From positions 1 through 34,209 of IMG/VR virus record IMGVR_UViG_3300025769_000422: a DNA stretch of 34,209 nucleotides; one strand, given 5' to 3'. Numbering within the stretch: the first letter of the stretch is position 1; each line of letters begins with the position of its first letter. Below the pieces are notes generated by a model. That model saw nothing but the letters and a program-made list of their open reading frames with translations, was not told the origin of the DNA and searched no databases. Origin of the DNA: a virus (taxonomy: Duplodnaviria > Caudoviricetes). Made by a program: the position numbers and the translations under genes. Below are positions 15,596 through 24,364 of the stretch, piece after piece.

Positions 15596-17087
15596 AGACC
15601 AAGCACTGCTACACGCGGACTTGCCGGCTTACCTGACCTACCGGCCACGGCCGGACCAGCCGGACCGCTTCGACGAGCAGACCAGCTTTTATGAGTCGCA
15701 AAGCACGGGGGTCATCTTCCACTTGGGCGGGAATGGAAGCGGGACTACCGAAAACACGCTGGCGAAAGTGGCCAAGTTCGTTCTACGGGAACAGCAGCCG
15801 CCGCGGCGTGATACACCATTCTGGATTATCGCAGGCTCGTACGAGCAGGTGATGGAAGCCTGTTGGGCGGAAAAGCTGTACGGACGTGGCCACATACCAA
15901 GCAGCGAAGTCGACTGGCCTCGAGTGGTCTGGAAGTCCAGCAAGTCGAACTGGCCGTACCGAGTGCCGCTAAAACCGTGGCCCGGCACACCCGACAAGAA
16001 CTGGTGCCTTGAGTTCAAATCTTACGAACAGGGCCGGCAGCAGTTCCAAGCTCGAGCTATCGGGGGATTTGCATTCATCGAACAGATGCCGTACGTGCTG
16101 CTGAACGAAGTTCTGCGCGGATGCCGAGAATACAACTTTCCGGGCTCGAAGCTGGTTGAGCAAACGCCGATCGATCCGCATTTGAGTTACGAGATTCAGA
16201 ACATGATCGAAACCGACGCACTCCCCCCAAGCTGGGAAGTGTGGCGGGCAAACACTCAGTGCAACCTCGAAGCGGGCTACATCACGCAAGAATGGTTTGA
16301 GCAGTTCTACGGATCGATCCCGGAGGAGATGCTTGAGACCCGGATGACGGGGGCGTTTGCTTCCTATGAGGGGCTGATCTACTCAACCTTTTTCCCGCGG
16401 ATGCACGTAGCTGGCGATGACGTCATAGACTTTCCTCCGGGAGTGTACCATTACCGCGCAATTGACTGGGGAGCAGGTCCACACAACCCGTTTGCGTGCA
16501 TCTGGGGCTACAAAAACGGAGTTGGTGAACACTTCATTTACGACGAGTATTACAGCACCAACCAGACTAAGACGACGATCGACCACCTATGCGAAGTGCA
16601 GGACCGGTGGCCATGGCCGGGGAACAACCCGTACTTCTCGAGCACATTCGCCGACCCGGCGAGCCCCGATAACATCCGGATCGCTCAGAAGCTGGCGCAG
16701 TACACGAATGACGAGTACGAAAACATTCAGGGCATGATGCGAGGCTCGAACGCCGTCCTCGAGGGGATAGAGCACGTTCAGTTCCTGCTGAAAAAGAACG
16801 AAGCGACCGGACGACCGCGGCTAGTGATCCATGAAAGCTGCGTCAACCTGATTCGAGAAATGCGAACCTACAGCTGGGAGCGAGCGAGCGACCAAGGACT
16901 CAACCCGCGAGACGCGGCCAAAAGGCCGTTAAAGAAGGACGACCACCTCTGCGATGCGCTGCGATACCTCGTTTTCTCGCTGGCACAGATGGAAGGCACT
17001 AGCGTACAAGAGAGCATCAGGAGACCCGTGCGGAGCCGTCATGGTGTCAGGTTTCATCAGCCGGACGCAGTGGAGAGGCTCACCTAA
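15573..17087 (+). CDS. terL: Terminase large subunit
   Basis: The RNase H-like nuclease has 'AIDWG', 'FADPA' and 'DDHLCDALRY'. The ATPase has 'GGNGSGTT' and 'FKSYEQGR..FQ', but its Walker motifs are atypical. Confidence 0.92.
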   Translation: MTMELSSEDQALLHADLPAYLTYRPRPDQPDRFDEQTSFYESQSTGVIFHLGGNGSGTTENTLAKVAKFVLREQQPPRRDTPFWIIAGSYEQVMEACWAEKLYGRGHIPSSEVDWPRVVWKSSKSNWPYRVPLKPWPGTPDKNWCLEFKSYEQGRQQFQARAIGGFAFIEQMPYVLLNEVLRGCREYNFPGSKLVEQTPIDPHLSYEIQNMIETDALPPSWEVWRANTQCNLEAGYITQEWFEQFYGSIPEEMLETRMTGAFASYEGLIYSTFFPRMHVAGDDVIDFPPGVYHYRAIDWGAGPHNPFACIWGYKNGVGEHFIYDEYYSTNQTKTTIDHLCEVQDRWPWPGNNPYFSSTFADPASPDNIRIAQKLAQYTNDEYENIQGMMRGSNAVLEGIEHVQFLLKKNEATGRPRLVIHESCVNLIREMRTYSWERASDQGLNPRDAAKRPLKKDDHLCDALRYLVFSLAQMEGTSVQESIRRPVRSRHGVRFHQPDAVERLT

Positions 17088-17110
17088 CCATTAGTAGGCG
17101 GTTTGCAACA

Positions 17111-18283
17111 ATGGGCAAGCAACGGCTGAGCCAGAGCGCGATAGCGCGGTATGGGCGTCAAAAGTTCGATGAGGCACAGAAGCAAGCGCGACGCGACTGG
17201 GAACGGTCAACGGTGGGTTCGGCAGTCCTGGACGTGGCGAGAATGGGGCGGAGCGTTCTGAGCCGGAGAACTCCTACCAGCAGAGCCAAGCGAGCGGTAA
17301 ACCGACTGAGCAAGTTTGCCACAAGCGGCGGAATGGGCGACGTCATTGCGAGTACCAAAGTCGGCAGCCAAGTGATGAAACTGGCGCGATTGGGCGACGT
17401 TGACAAGTACAGCAGCGGTCTCGTCGAGCAGATGGTAGGCAGCGTTCTATCGAGCATGTTTGGACCGCTAGGCGGAAGTCTCGCGCAGATCGTGTTTGCG
17501 AGCGACGACGCCGCGCAGGACGCGGGGCTCAATGATCCGGGTAGAGATCCAGGCGTAGAAGATTCGTTACGGGCGGCGCTTGAGTTCATCAACCTTGTCG
17601 ACCCGAAGCTATTGAGCGGGAAGGGCAAGGAAACGCTGACGGGCACACCGGAGGCGGCGGGACTACAGCGGGCACCGGATGACGGAACTTATCTTCAAGC
17701 ATCGCCAGTAATCAGAGGCCGGGAAGGGTTCTATGTCACCACGTACGAGGGCGGGCGGATGATGACATACCCGCGCACCGATCCGATGGTGACGGGTGAA
17801 ATGATTCCAGTGCAGAGCTCAAATGTCCATTCGATCGGATTTATTTACGACTTTGACAACACGCTGAACGGTGTTCTCAAGGTTCGATTCTTGCAGGGCA
17901 AGCGGTCAGACCGGAGACAGAAGATCGCCGGCCCGCTCTATTTCTACTACAACGTCGAACCGAAACTGTTCCGCGAGTTCCGCAAGGCAATCAGCGCGGG
18001 TGTCTTTGTCTGGGACAACTTGCGTGTGCGTGGTACAGTTTCAGGTCACCAGAAGCCATACGAGCTGAAGGGGGTCGCAGAGGGCTACGTCCCGAGAAAG
18101 GCGACTCGATACGGCGGAAACGAATACTATATTCAGCGGCAGATCAACGTCCGGCATACCCGGACGGGCAGCCGGCGTACGATTTCGAGCGAGAAGCCGG
18201 ACCGACTTGTCCAGCCATACCCGGACCGAGGAACGCCCGGACGCGGAGCACCGAACCGCGGGCGACCGAATCGAGGACGCTAA
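17111..18283 (+). CDS. KTSC-domain protein
   Basis: 'MIPVQSSNVHSIG...LKVRF...YFYYNVEPKLFREFRKAISAGVFVWDNLR' matches KTSC. C-terminal PxRG repeats. Confidence 0.75.
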   Translation: MGKQRLSQSAIARYGRQKFDEAQKQARRDWERSTVGSAVLDVARMGRSVLSRRTPTSRAKRAVNRLSKFATSGGMGDVIASTKVGSQVMKLARLGDVDKYSSGLVEQMVGSVLSSMFGPLGGSLAQIVFASDDAAQDAGLNDPGRDPGVEDSLRAALEFINLVDPKLLSGKGKETLTGTPEAAGLQRAPDDGTYLQASPVIRGREGFYVTTYEGGRMMTYPRTDPMVTGEMIPVQSSNVHSIGFIYDFDNTLNGVLKVRFLQGKRSDRRQKIAGPLYFYYNVEPKLFREFRKAISAGVFVWDNLRVRGTVSGHQKPYELKGVAEGYVPRKATRYGGNEYYIQRQINVRHTRTGSRRTISSEKPDRLVQPYPDRGTPGRGAPNRGRPNRGR

Positions 18284-18286
18284 TAC

Positions 18287-21200
18287 ATGCTGACCACGGA
18301 TGAGAAAAGCGAGTTGCACAACGAGTTCACCGCCCGAGCACAGGGCCGCAATCGTCCGCCGGAATTCATCCAGCGGGTGATCGACGAGAAGGAAGCCGGG
18401 ATCATGGACCCGGCGACCGAGTCACCCGGTGTTGCACCCAACTTCGGCCAGTACGCGCTGCCGCATCTGTTGACGTACCAGAGCCTGCACGGCACGTACA
18501 GTCGCGTCTACAAAGCCAGTGACGAGGCGATCAAGCACAGCATCGAGAACTCGCGATTCATGCGAAACGATGTTGGCATCATGGAGTGCGTAGAGGCACG
18601 GCAGCGGGCAACGGCGCTTCTGGACTGGCACATCGAGCCGGAGGACGACAACAGCCAGAGCCAGAAAGACCTATGCACCGAGCTGACGAAGATCATGAGC
18701 CGGATACGTCGCTTCACCGAGTATCGCAACAACCTTCTGCATGCCATCTGGTACGGCAAGTATGCGGTGCAGAACCGATACGGCTGGCAAAACATCGGCG
18801 GGGCGATGCGAGTGATGCCGACCCCGCTACGTGAGAACTACGGCTGGCAGCCGATCAACGGTGACAAGCTGGTATTTCGCTATGACGATGGCCAGCTGGA
18901 CCCGACTCGACCAATCCATCAGCTGGGGGTGCGTGTCGGACATCGGAAGCAGATCGGCACCAAAATCAACAAGCGGTGGGAAGTCGAGCCGACTGGGCAC
19001 GGGCTGGCTTACTTCCTTAGTGAGTACGAGCGACGTTCGTTGGTTGTTCACAAGCATCTAATCGAGGACGGAGCGTACGAGGATAACTGGGGCGGCGAGC
19101 AGATCCACGGCGTGGGTGTTCGGTCGCGCATCTACTGGGACTGGTTCCAGAAGCAGGAGACTTTATCGTTCCTGATGGAGTACCTCGAGCGATCCGCAGG
19201 CGGAATCGAGATTTGGAGCTATCCGGCCGGCGACAAGGGCGCACTGGAAGCGGCGAAAAGTGCAGCCACCGACCGAATCAGCAACCAGCGGAACGTCGTG
19301 TTCTTCCCGAAACCCATGGGCGACGAGGGCGCCATGTATGACGTGCAGGTGATCGAGCCAGGTATGTCGGGAATCGAGAGCCTGAAGGACATCGTGACCA
19401 ACTATTTCGGCCACCGAGCGAAGCGGTACATTCTCGGCCAGACGTTGAGCACAGAGGCGGATGCCACCGGGCTAGGCTCAGGCGTGGCGGAGCTCCACTA
19501 CAACTCCTTCTTGATGATCGTGAAATACGACGCGGTCAACCTCGAGGAGACGATTACGCGCGACCTGCTCCGACCGTTGCAGGAATGGAACTTTCCGAAG
19601 TCCAAAGGCATTGCTCTGCAATTCAAGATCGAGACCGAGTCTCCGGACGTGGAGAAGCGACTCGAGGCATATCAGGCGGCGTGGAGCATGGGCGCGAGTC
19701 TGAGCGAATCAGACGTCATGGACATGATCGGTGCGAGCGTGCCAACCGACAACGAAAGCGTGCTGAAGAATCCACAACTTGACCCGGAAGCACAGCAGGG
19801 AATGGACCCGATGGGCGGCATGGGCGGCGGAATGCCGGGCATGGCCCCCATGGGTGGAATCCCGCAGGACGGCGACGGTGACGGGATCGCAGGCGATGGA
19901 ACGTCACAAGCTACGGCTGTTGGCTTTAGTGGTGTCGACCAAATGAAAACGGACGCGATCGACAGCATGTATAACGACCCGGAAACGGCCGCGGGCGGCG
20001 ACGTGACGTACGTGAACGAAGGCGGCGAGTACCAGACTCGCGAGATGCCGGAGTTTGACACGGGTGACCGCAAGCCCGAGGGCAAGGTGGAGCGGTTCGA
20101 GCGGGATGGCGACGTCGACCTGTATCGACAGCAGATTGACAGCGCCGGGACGTCACTCAACCAGGTGCCTGCATTGTTCAAGCGAGTGCAGAAGGCCGGC
20201 GGATTCAAGCCGAACTCAATCAACCTGGACTATGGCGGCGGCAAGTACGACAAGGGAACCGAGTTCCTGAAACAGCTGGGCGTGAACAACCTGGTGCTAG
20301 ATCCCTTCAACCGATCAGGCGACCACAACCAGGCCGTTGTCGCAGCGATCAAGAAAGCCGGCGGCGCTCCGACTGCGACCATGGCGAACGTGCTGAACGT
20401 CATCGCCGAGCAGGAGGAACAGATCAAGGCACTCCAGAACGCCAAGTCGCTGCTGGCACCGGGCGGAATGCTGTATATCGACGTCCACGAGGGCGACGGC
20501 AGCGGCCAGGGCAAAGCGACGAGCCGCGGATTTCAGCAGAATGCGAAGCTCGACGCCTACCTGCCGATGGTGCAGAAGGTGTTCGGCCAGGCAGCGAAAG
20601 AGGGCGGTGTGATCGTGGCGACGACTCAGGCCCAGGGGAACGCTGCCTACAGCCGGATGGCCTACAACCTGGGCGAAGTCGAGCGATACGAAAAGCAACT
20701 GACGTTCGATTTCGGCAGCAAGGACGACGGCGAGTGGAAGACGATCAACGGCAGCCACGTGTACGTCGAGGGCGGCGAGATTACCAAAGGTCCGCCGGAT
20801 CTGTTGGGCAGGGGTGGCGACGGCCGGAAGGAGGACAGGCCGAAGCCGTTGGGAAAAAACCGACCCGGTGGGCGAAGCGAATTCAAGCCCGCCGGGGATT
20901 CACCGTCCGATGAGCTGCCAGCTGAGTTCGGCGCAATTGATTTGCCGATCCTCAACAACGCTCCGACAGGCGGCGATCCTCCAGAGGCCAGCACCGGGAA
21001 TGCGGTCAAGCTGCATCCGATCAAGTCCTACGACAAGGTTCTGGTCCAGTTCTCAGGCGGCAAGGACTCACTGGCGGCGGTGCTCGATCTGATCGACCGC
21101 GGAGTCGACCCGAAGAAAATCGAGCTCTGGCACCAGCGGATTGACGGCGACGGTGAGCGGTTCATGGACTGGCCAGTGACCGAAGACTACGTGCGAGCGA

Positions 21201-24200
21201 TCGCCGACCATCTGGGCGTCAAGCTCCGGATGCAGTGGCGTGAGGGCGGATTCAAGCGGGAGCTGGAGCGCCACAAGGAACGCACGCAAGGTGTGTGGTT
21301 CGAGGATGAGAACGGCAAGCGGAAGTTTCTGCCGACCACGAAAGGCGGCGAGACGACCCGCGAGAAGTGGCCCGCCAAGTCATGCGATCTGGGGAAACGG
21401 TGGTGCAGCGCTACGCTGAAGATCGACGTAGCGGCGCGGAGCATAACGAACGATCCGAGCCTGAAGGGCGACAAGCTGCTGTTCGTCAGCGGCGAGCGGC
21501 GCGAGGAAGGCGGCCGGCGGTCCAAGTACCTCGAGAGCGAGAAGCACCGGACCCACAACAAAAGCCGGACGAACCATCATTACAGACCCGTCCTGGATTG
21601 GTCCGAACAGCAAGTGTGGGACAAGATCAAAGAGCACGGGATCAACCCGCACCCAGCGTATCGCCTGGGCTACAACCGGCTGAGCTGTCAGCACTGCATC
21701 TTCGCCGACCCGGACCAGGTCGCGAGTAACCAGGAGCTAGACCCGAACGCGGTAGAGAAGCTGGCGGAGATGGAGGACAAGCTAGGCCACACCATCAGCG
21801 CCACCCCGAAGGGCGAAGGGGTCAGCATCCGCGACTGGGCGAAACAGGGCGTCAGTTTTGTCACTGACTCCCCGGACGAGCTCAAGAAGCTCGCGATGAG
21901 CACCGAGTTTACCGAGCCGATCCACGTCGGCGATGACTGGGAAATGCCGAAGGGGGCGATGAAAAAGGGCCAGGGAGCGCCCGCGAACTACGCGCGGATG
22001 GGCTACACCTGGGCGGACGTCGACCGTTATTGGCGATTTGACCGGATGGTCCGCGACTTGTACAGGGCGCAGTTCAACGAGGGCGATCATCCGCGGGACC
22101 AGGACGGCCAGTTCACGAGCGGAGCGGAGACCGCGCGTGCAATGGACGTCCCTGCGACTGAGCTCAATCGCGACGTTCACAGCCTGTTAAAAGGCACGGA
22201 GGGGTGGGTTCGTCCGGTTGAGCTCTTTCGCCAGTACAAAGGCAAGGCGAAGCTGTTGGACTTCATCAAGGAAGTGAAGACGGCCGCGTCCGAGGGCGAG
22301 GTAGAAACCAAGGGCAAGGGCGACAAGTTCCAGGTGCGCCGGATCGATACCGAGAGCAGCCTGATCAGTGACACGAATCGCCGGCTGGCAGGTCACAAGG
22401 TCGAGTACAACCCGCGGCAGATGACGTTGTTTCGGAAGCCAGGACGACCAGAGCCCTATCGACGGGTGAAGGATCGAAAAGGTCAGGGCACGTTCGACTG
22501 GAACGAGGAGGATCACCCCAGGGGGCAACCCGGCAACGCTGGCCAATTCGCCAGCAAGGAGGGCGGCGGGAGCGCGGAAGCCCCAGAAGCTCCAGAGGAG
22601 CGGAAGCCACAGGCAGAGGACAACTGGAGCGGTCCAGTTATTCAGTCGCCAGCGTTCAAGCAGTGGTTCGGCGACTGGGAGAACGACCCGCAGAACTCCT
22701 CAAAGGTAGTCGACGAGAACGGCGAGCCTGAGCAGCAGCACAGCATGGTGGTGGACGAGAACGGACAGCCGAAGAAAGCCTATCACGGCACGTCACACGG
22801 CGGATGGGACACATTCGAGCCACGTTTCGGACAGGCATCCGCAGGAGGGATTTCGGATCACCTGCTGTACGGGCCGGGGTTCTACTTCACAGAGGACAGG
22901 GGCATTGCCGAGGAATACACCCAGATTGCGAGAGAGCCTGAATACTCGCTCGCGATGGATGAGGACGCGGCCAACGCAAAGCTGCGCGATCGGGTGGAGG
23001 CAGTCGCAGAAGCATCCGACGATGAAATGCTGATCGAGGAGGCGGGCGACGTCATGCGGGACATTGATTCCGGGCGTTATGGCGTCCACAGGATGGTTGG
23101 CAAGAGCAAGAGCCAGCACGACTATTTTGCATCGACGTTCGGCATCGATGTCAGCGATCTGTTTGAGGAAAAGGACGATTCGGAGGTCAAGGAACTCTAT
23201 CTCAACATTCGGAAGCCGTTCGACGCTGACAATGACCGGATCCCGGCAAGCCCGGCAATGAGAGAAACGCTCGAGCGTTACATTCGCGAGTCAGAGGAAC
23301 AAGGGCATATGTCTGAGGCTAACGAATGGCGGGAGAAACTGAGGGAAGGGTACACGTATCAGGAAGCACTGGGTTTCAAGCCGACGAAAGAAGCCTTGAA
23401 CGAATACCTGAAGGAACTGGGCTACGACGGCATCACACACATCGGCGGGCGGCACATGGGGAGCCGTGACCATCAGGTCTGGATCGCGTTTCAGCCGAAC
23501 CAGATCAAGAGCACCGACAATCGCGGCACGTTCGATCCGAATGACAACCGGATGAACTACCGCAAGGTGAAGGATCGAAGAGGACAGCAGGCGTTCGACT
23601 GGGACGAGTCAGCACACCCCAGGGATGAAGACGGCAAGTTCGCCACGAGTGACAAGCCGAGTGACACGAAAAGCGCGAGTGACACGGAGATCGGCGGCAT
23701 TAAAAGCAGCGGAAGCGAACTTGGTGATGAGGCAACGATGGCCATCAGCGAGCTTTCGGAGGAAGCGGTATTGTCTGCCGTTCAGACCGACGGGTTCAAC
23801 GAAGCGGCGGTGCGTTCTGTGCAAGCACACACCAAGACGGTTGTTGGCCGGATGAATGCCGCGTGCAGGATGAAGATTGCCAACAACCTCGAGAGGATCA
23901 AATACGCGCCCGACCTGAACGAGTTGACCCGCCAATACAACTTTTTCAACCTTGCTAACCGTCGACTGGGATCGATCGGCGGATTCTATATGTTCGATGA
24001 GCAATGGCTGTTCCTGAACGGTGCGTTTGATGAGTACACCGAGTTCGGGAAGGGCGAAGCGAAAGACACAGCCGAAGGTATCCAGGCTCACGAGTTCGCG
24101 CATGCGATTGACGGCCCGAAGTCCGTCTACAGCAATATGGTCGAGTGGAAGACGGCATATCTTAGCGAAATCTGGGCGGCGAAGTCGCAGGATGCTCCGT

Positions 24201-24364
24201 TGACGCGATACGCCACAACAGACGCATCTGAAGGATTCGCCGAGTTCGGCCGATTGCTGTTTAGCGAAACGGAATACTTACAGGCTGCGGGGCGAGAAAC
24301 GATACGGGCGACCTTTCCGAAGTGCTACAAGTTCTGGCTAGACATGGGGCTTATCGATGACTGA
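18287..24364 (+). CDS. Portal (DUF935/Mu gp29-like) fused to SAM methyltransferase, PAPS-reductase-like, ADP-ribosyltransferase-like (ART-PolyVal type) and zincin metallopeptidase domains
   Basis: Portal ~18287-19790 (ILGQTLSTE..GLGSGVAELH); MTase ~20130-20620 (LDYGGG, DPFN, NVLNV); PAPS reductase ~21030-21960 (FSGGKDS, RWCS..LK, GERREE, RLSCQHC); ART ~22640-23555 (YHGT, GFYF, GYDG, QIKS); peptidase ~23740-24360 (HEFAH...YA...EGFAE). Confidence 0.88.
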   Translation: MLTTDEKSELHNEFTARAQGRNRPPEFIQRVIDEKEAGIMDPATESPGVAPNFGQYALPHLLTYQSLHGTYSRVYKASDEAIKHSIENSRFMRNDVGIMECVEARQRATALLDWHIEPEDDNSQSQKDLCTELTKIMSRIRRFTEYRNNLLHAIWYGKYAVQNRYGWQNIGGAMRVMPTPLRENYGWQPINGDKLVFRYDDGQLDPTRPIHQLGVRVGHRKQIGTKINKRWEVEPTGHGLAYFLSEYERRSLVVHKHLIEDGAYEDNWGGEQIHGVGVRSRIYWDWFQKQETLSFLMEYLERSAGGIEIWSYPAGDKGALEAAKSAATDRISNQRNVVFFPKPMGDEGAMYDVQVIEPGMSGIESLKDIVTNYFGHRAKRYILGQTLSTEADATGLGSGVAELHYNSFLMIVKYDAVNLEETITRDLLRPLQEWNFPKSKGIALQFKIETESPDVEKRLEAYQAAWSMGASLSESDVMDMIGASVPTDNESVLKNPQLDPEAQQGMDPMGGMGGGMPGMAPMGGIPQDGDGDGIAGDGTSQATAVGFSGVDQMKTDAIDSMYNDPETAAGGDVTYVNEGGEYQTREMPEFDTGDRKPEGKVERFERDGDVDLYRQQIDSAGTSLNQVPALFKRVQKAGGFKPNSINLDYGGGKYDKGTEFLKQLGVNNLVLDPFNRSGDHNQAVVAAIKKAGGAPTATMANVLNVIAEQEEQIKALQNAKSLLAPGGMLYIDVHEGDGSGQGKATSRGFQQNAKLDAYLPMVQKVFGQAAKEGGVIVATTQAQGNAAYSRMAYNLGEVERYEKQLTFDFGSKDDGEWKTINGSHVYVEGGEITKGPPDLLGRGGDGRKEDRPKPLGKNRPGGRSEFKPAGDSPSDELPAEFGAIDLPILNNAPTGGDPPEASTGNAVKLHPIKSYDKVLVQFSGGKDSLAAVLDLIDRGVDPKKIELWHQRIDGDGERFMDWPVTEDYVRAIADHLGVKLRMQWREGGFKRELERHKERTQGVWFEDENGKRKFLPTTKGGETTREKWPAKSCDLGKRWCSATLKIDVAARSITNDPSLKGDKLLFVSGERREEGGRRSKYLESEKHRTHNKSRTNHHYRPVLDWSEQQVWDKIKEHGINPHPAYRLGYNRLSCQHCIFADPDQVASNQELDPNAVEKLAEMEDKLGHTISATPKGEGVSIRDWAKQGVSFVTDSPDELKKLAMSTEFTEPIHVGDDWEMPKGAMKKGQGAPANYARMGYTWADVDRYWRFDRMVRDLYRAQFNEGDHPRDQDGQFTSGAETARAMDVPATELNRDVHSLLKGTEGWVRPVELFRQYKGKAKLLDFIKEVKTAASEGEVETKGKGDKFQVRRIDTESSLISDTNRRLAGHKVEYNPRQMTLFRKPGRPEPYRRVKDRKGQGTFDWNEEDHPRGQPGNAGQFASKEGGGSAEAPEAPEERKPQAEDNWSGPVIQSPAFKQWFGDWENDPQNSSKVVDENGEPEQQHSMVVDENGQPKKAYHGTSHGGWDTFEPRFGQASAGGISDHLLYGPGFYFTEDRGIAEEYTQIAREPEYSLAMDEDAANAKLRDRVEAVAEASDDEMLIEEAGDVMRDIDSGRYGVHRMVGKSKSQHDYFASTFGIDVSDLFEEKDDSEVKELYLNIRKPFDADNDRIPASPAMRETLERYIRESEEQGHMSEANEWREKLREGYTYQEALGFKPTKEALNEYLKELGYDGITHIGGRHMGSRDHQVWIAFQPNQIKSTDNRGTFDPNDNRMNYRKVKDRRGQQAFDWDESAHPRDEDGKFATSDKPSDTKSASDTEIGGIKSSGSELGDEATMAISELSEEAVLSAVQTDGFNEAAVRSVQAHTKTVVGRMNAACRMKIANNLERIKYAPDLNELTRQYNFFNLANRRLGSIGGFYMFDEQWLFLNGAFDEYTEFGKGEAKDTAEGIQAHEFAHAIDGPKSVYSNMVEWKTAYLSEIWAAKSQDAPLTRYATTDASEGFAEFGRLLFSETEYLQAAGRETIRATFPKCYKFWLDMGLIDD

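Noticed and set aside
19801-19900. GMDPMGGMGGGMPGMAPMGG repeat
   Set aside because: An ordinary low-complexity tail of the kind common at portal C-termini.
21030-21960. Auxiliary metabolic cysH for sulfate assimilation
   Set aside because: The domain is fused within a portal polyprotein among DNA-modification and conflict domains, and no sulfur-assimilation genes are nearby.
23646-23684. Three CGAGTGACA copies resembling the ori core
   Set aside because: They are direct, not dyad, repeats encoding an SDK/SDT low-complexity linker, far from the replication genes.
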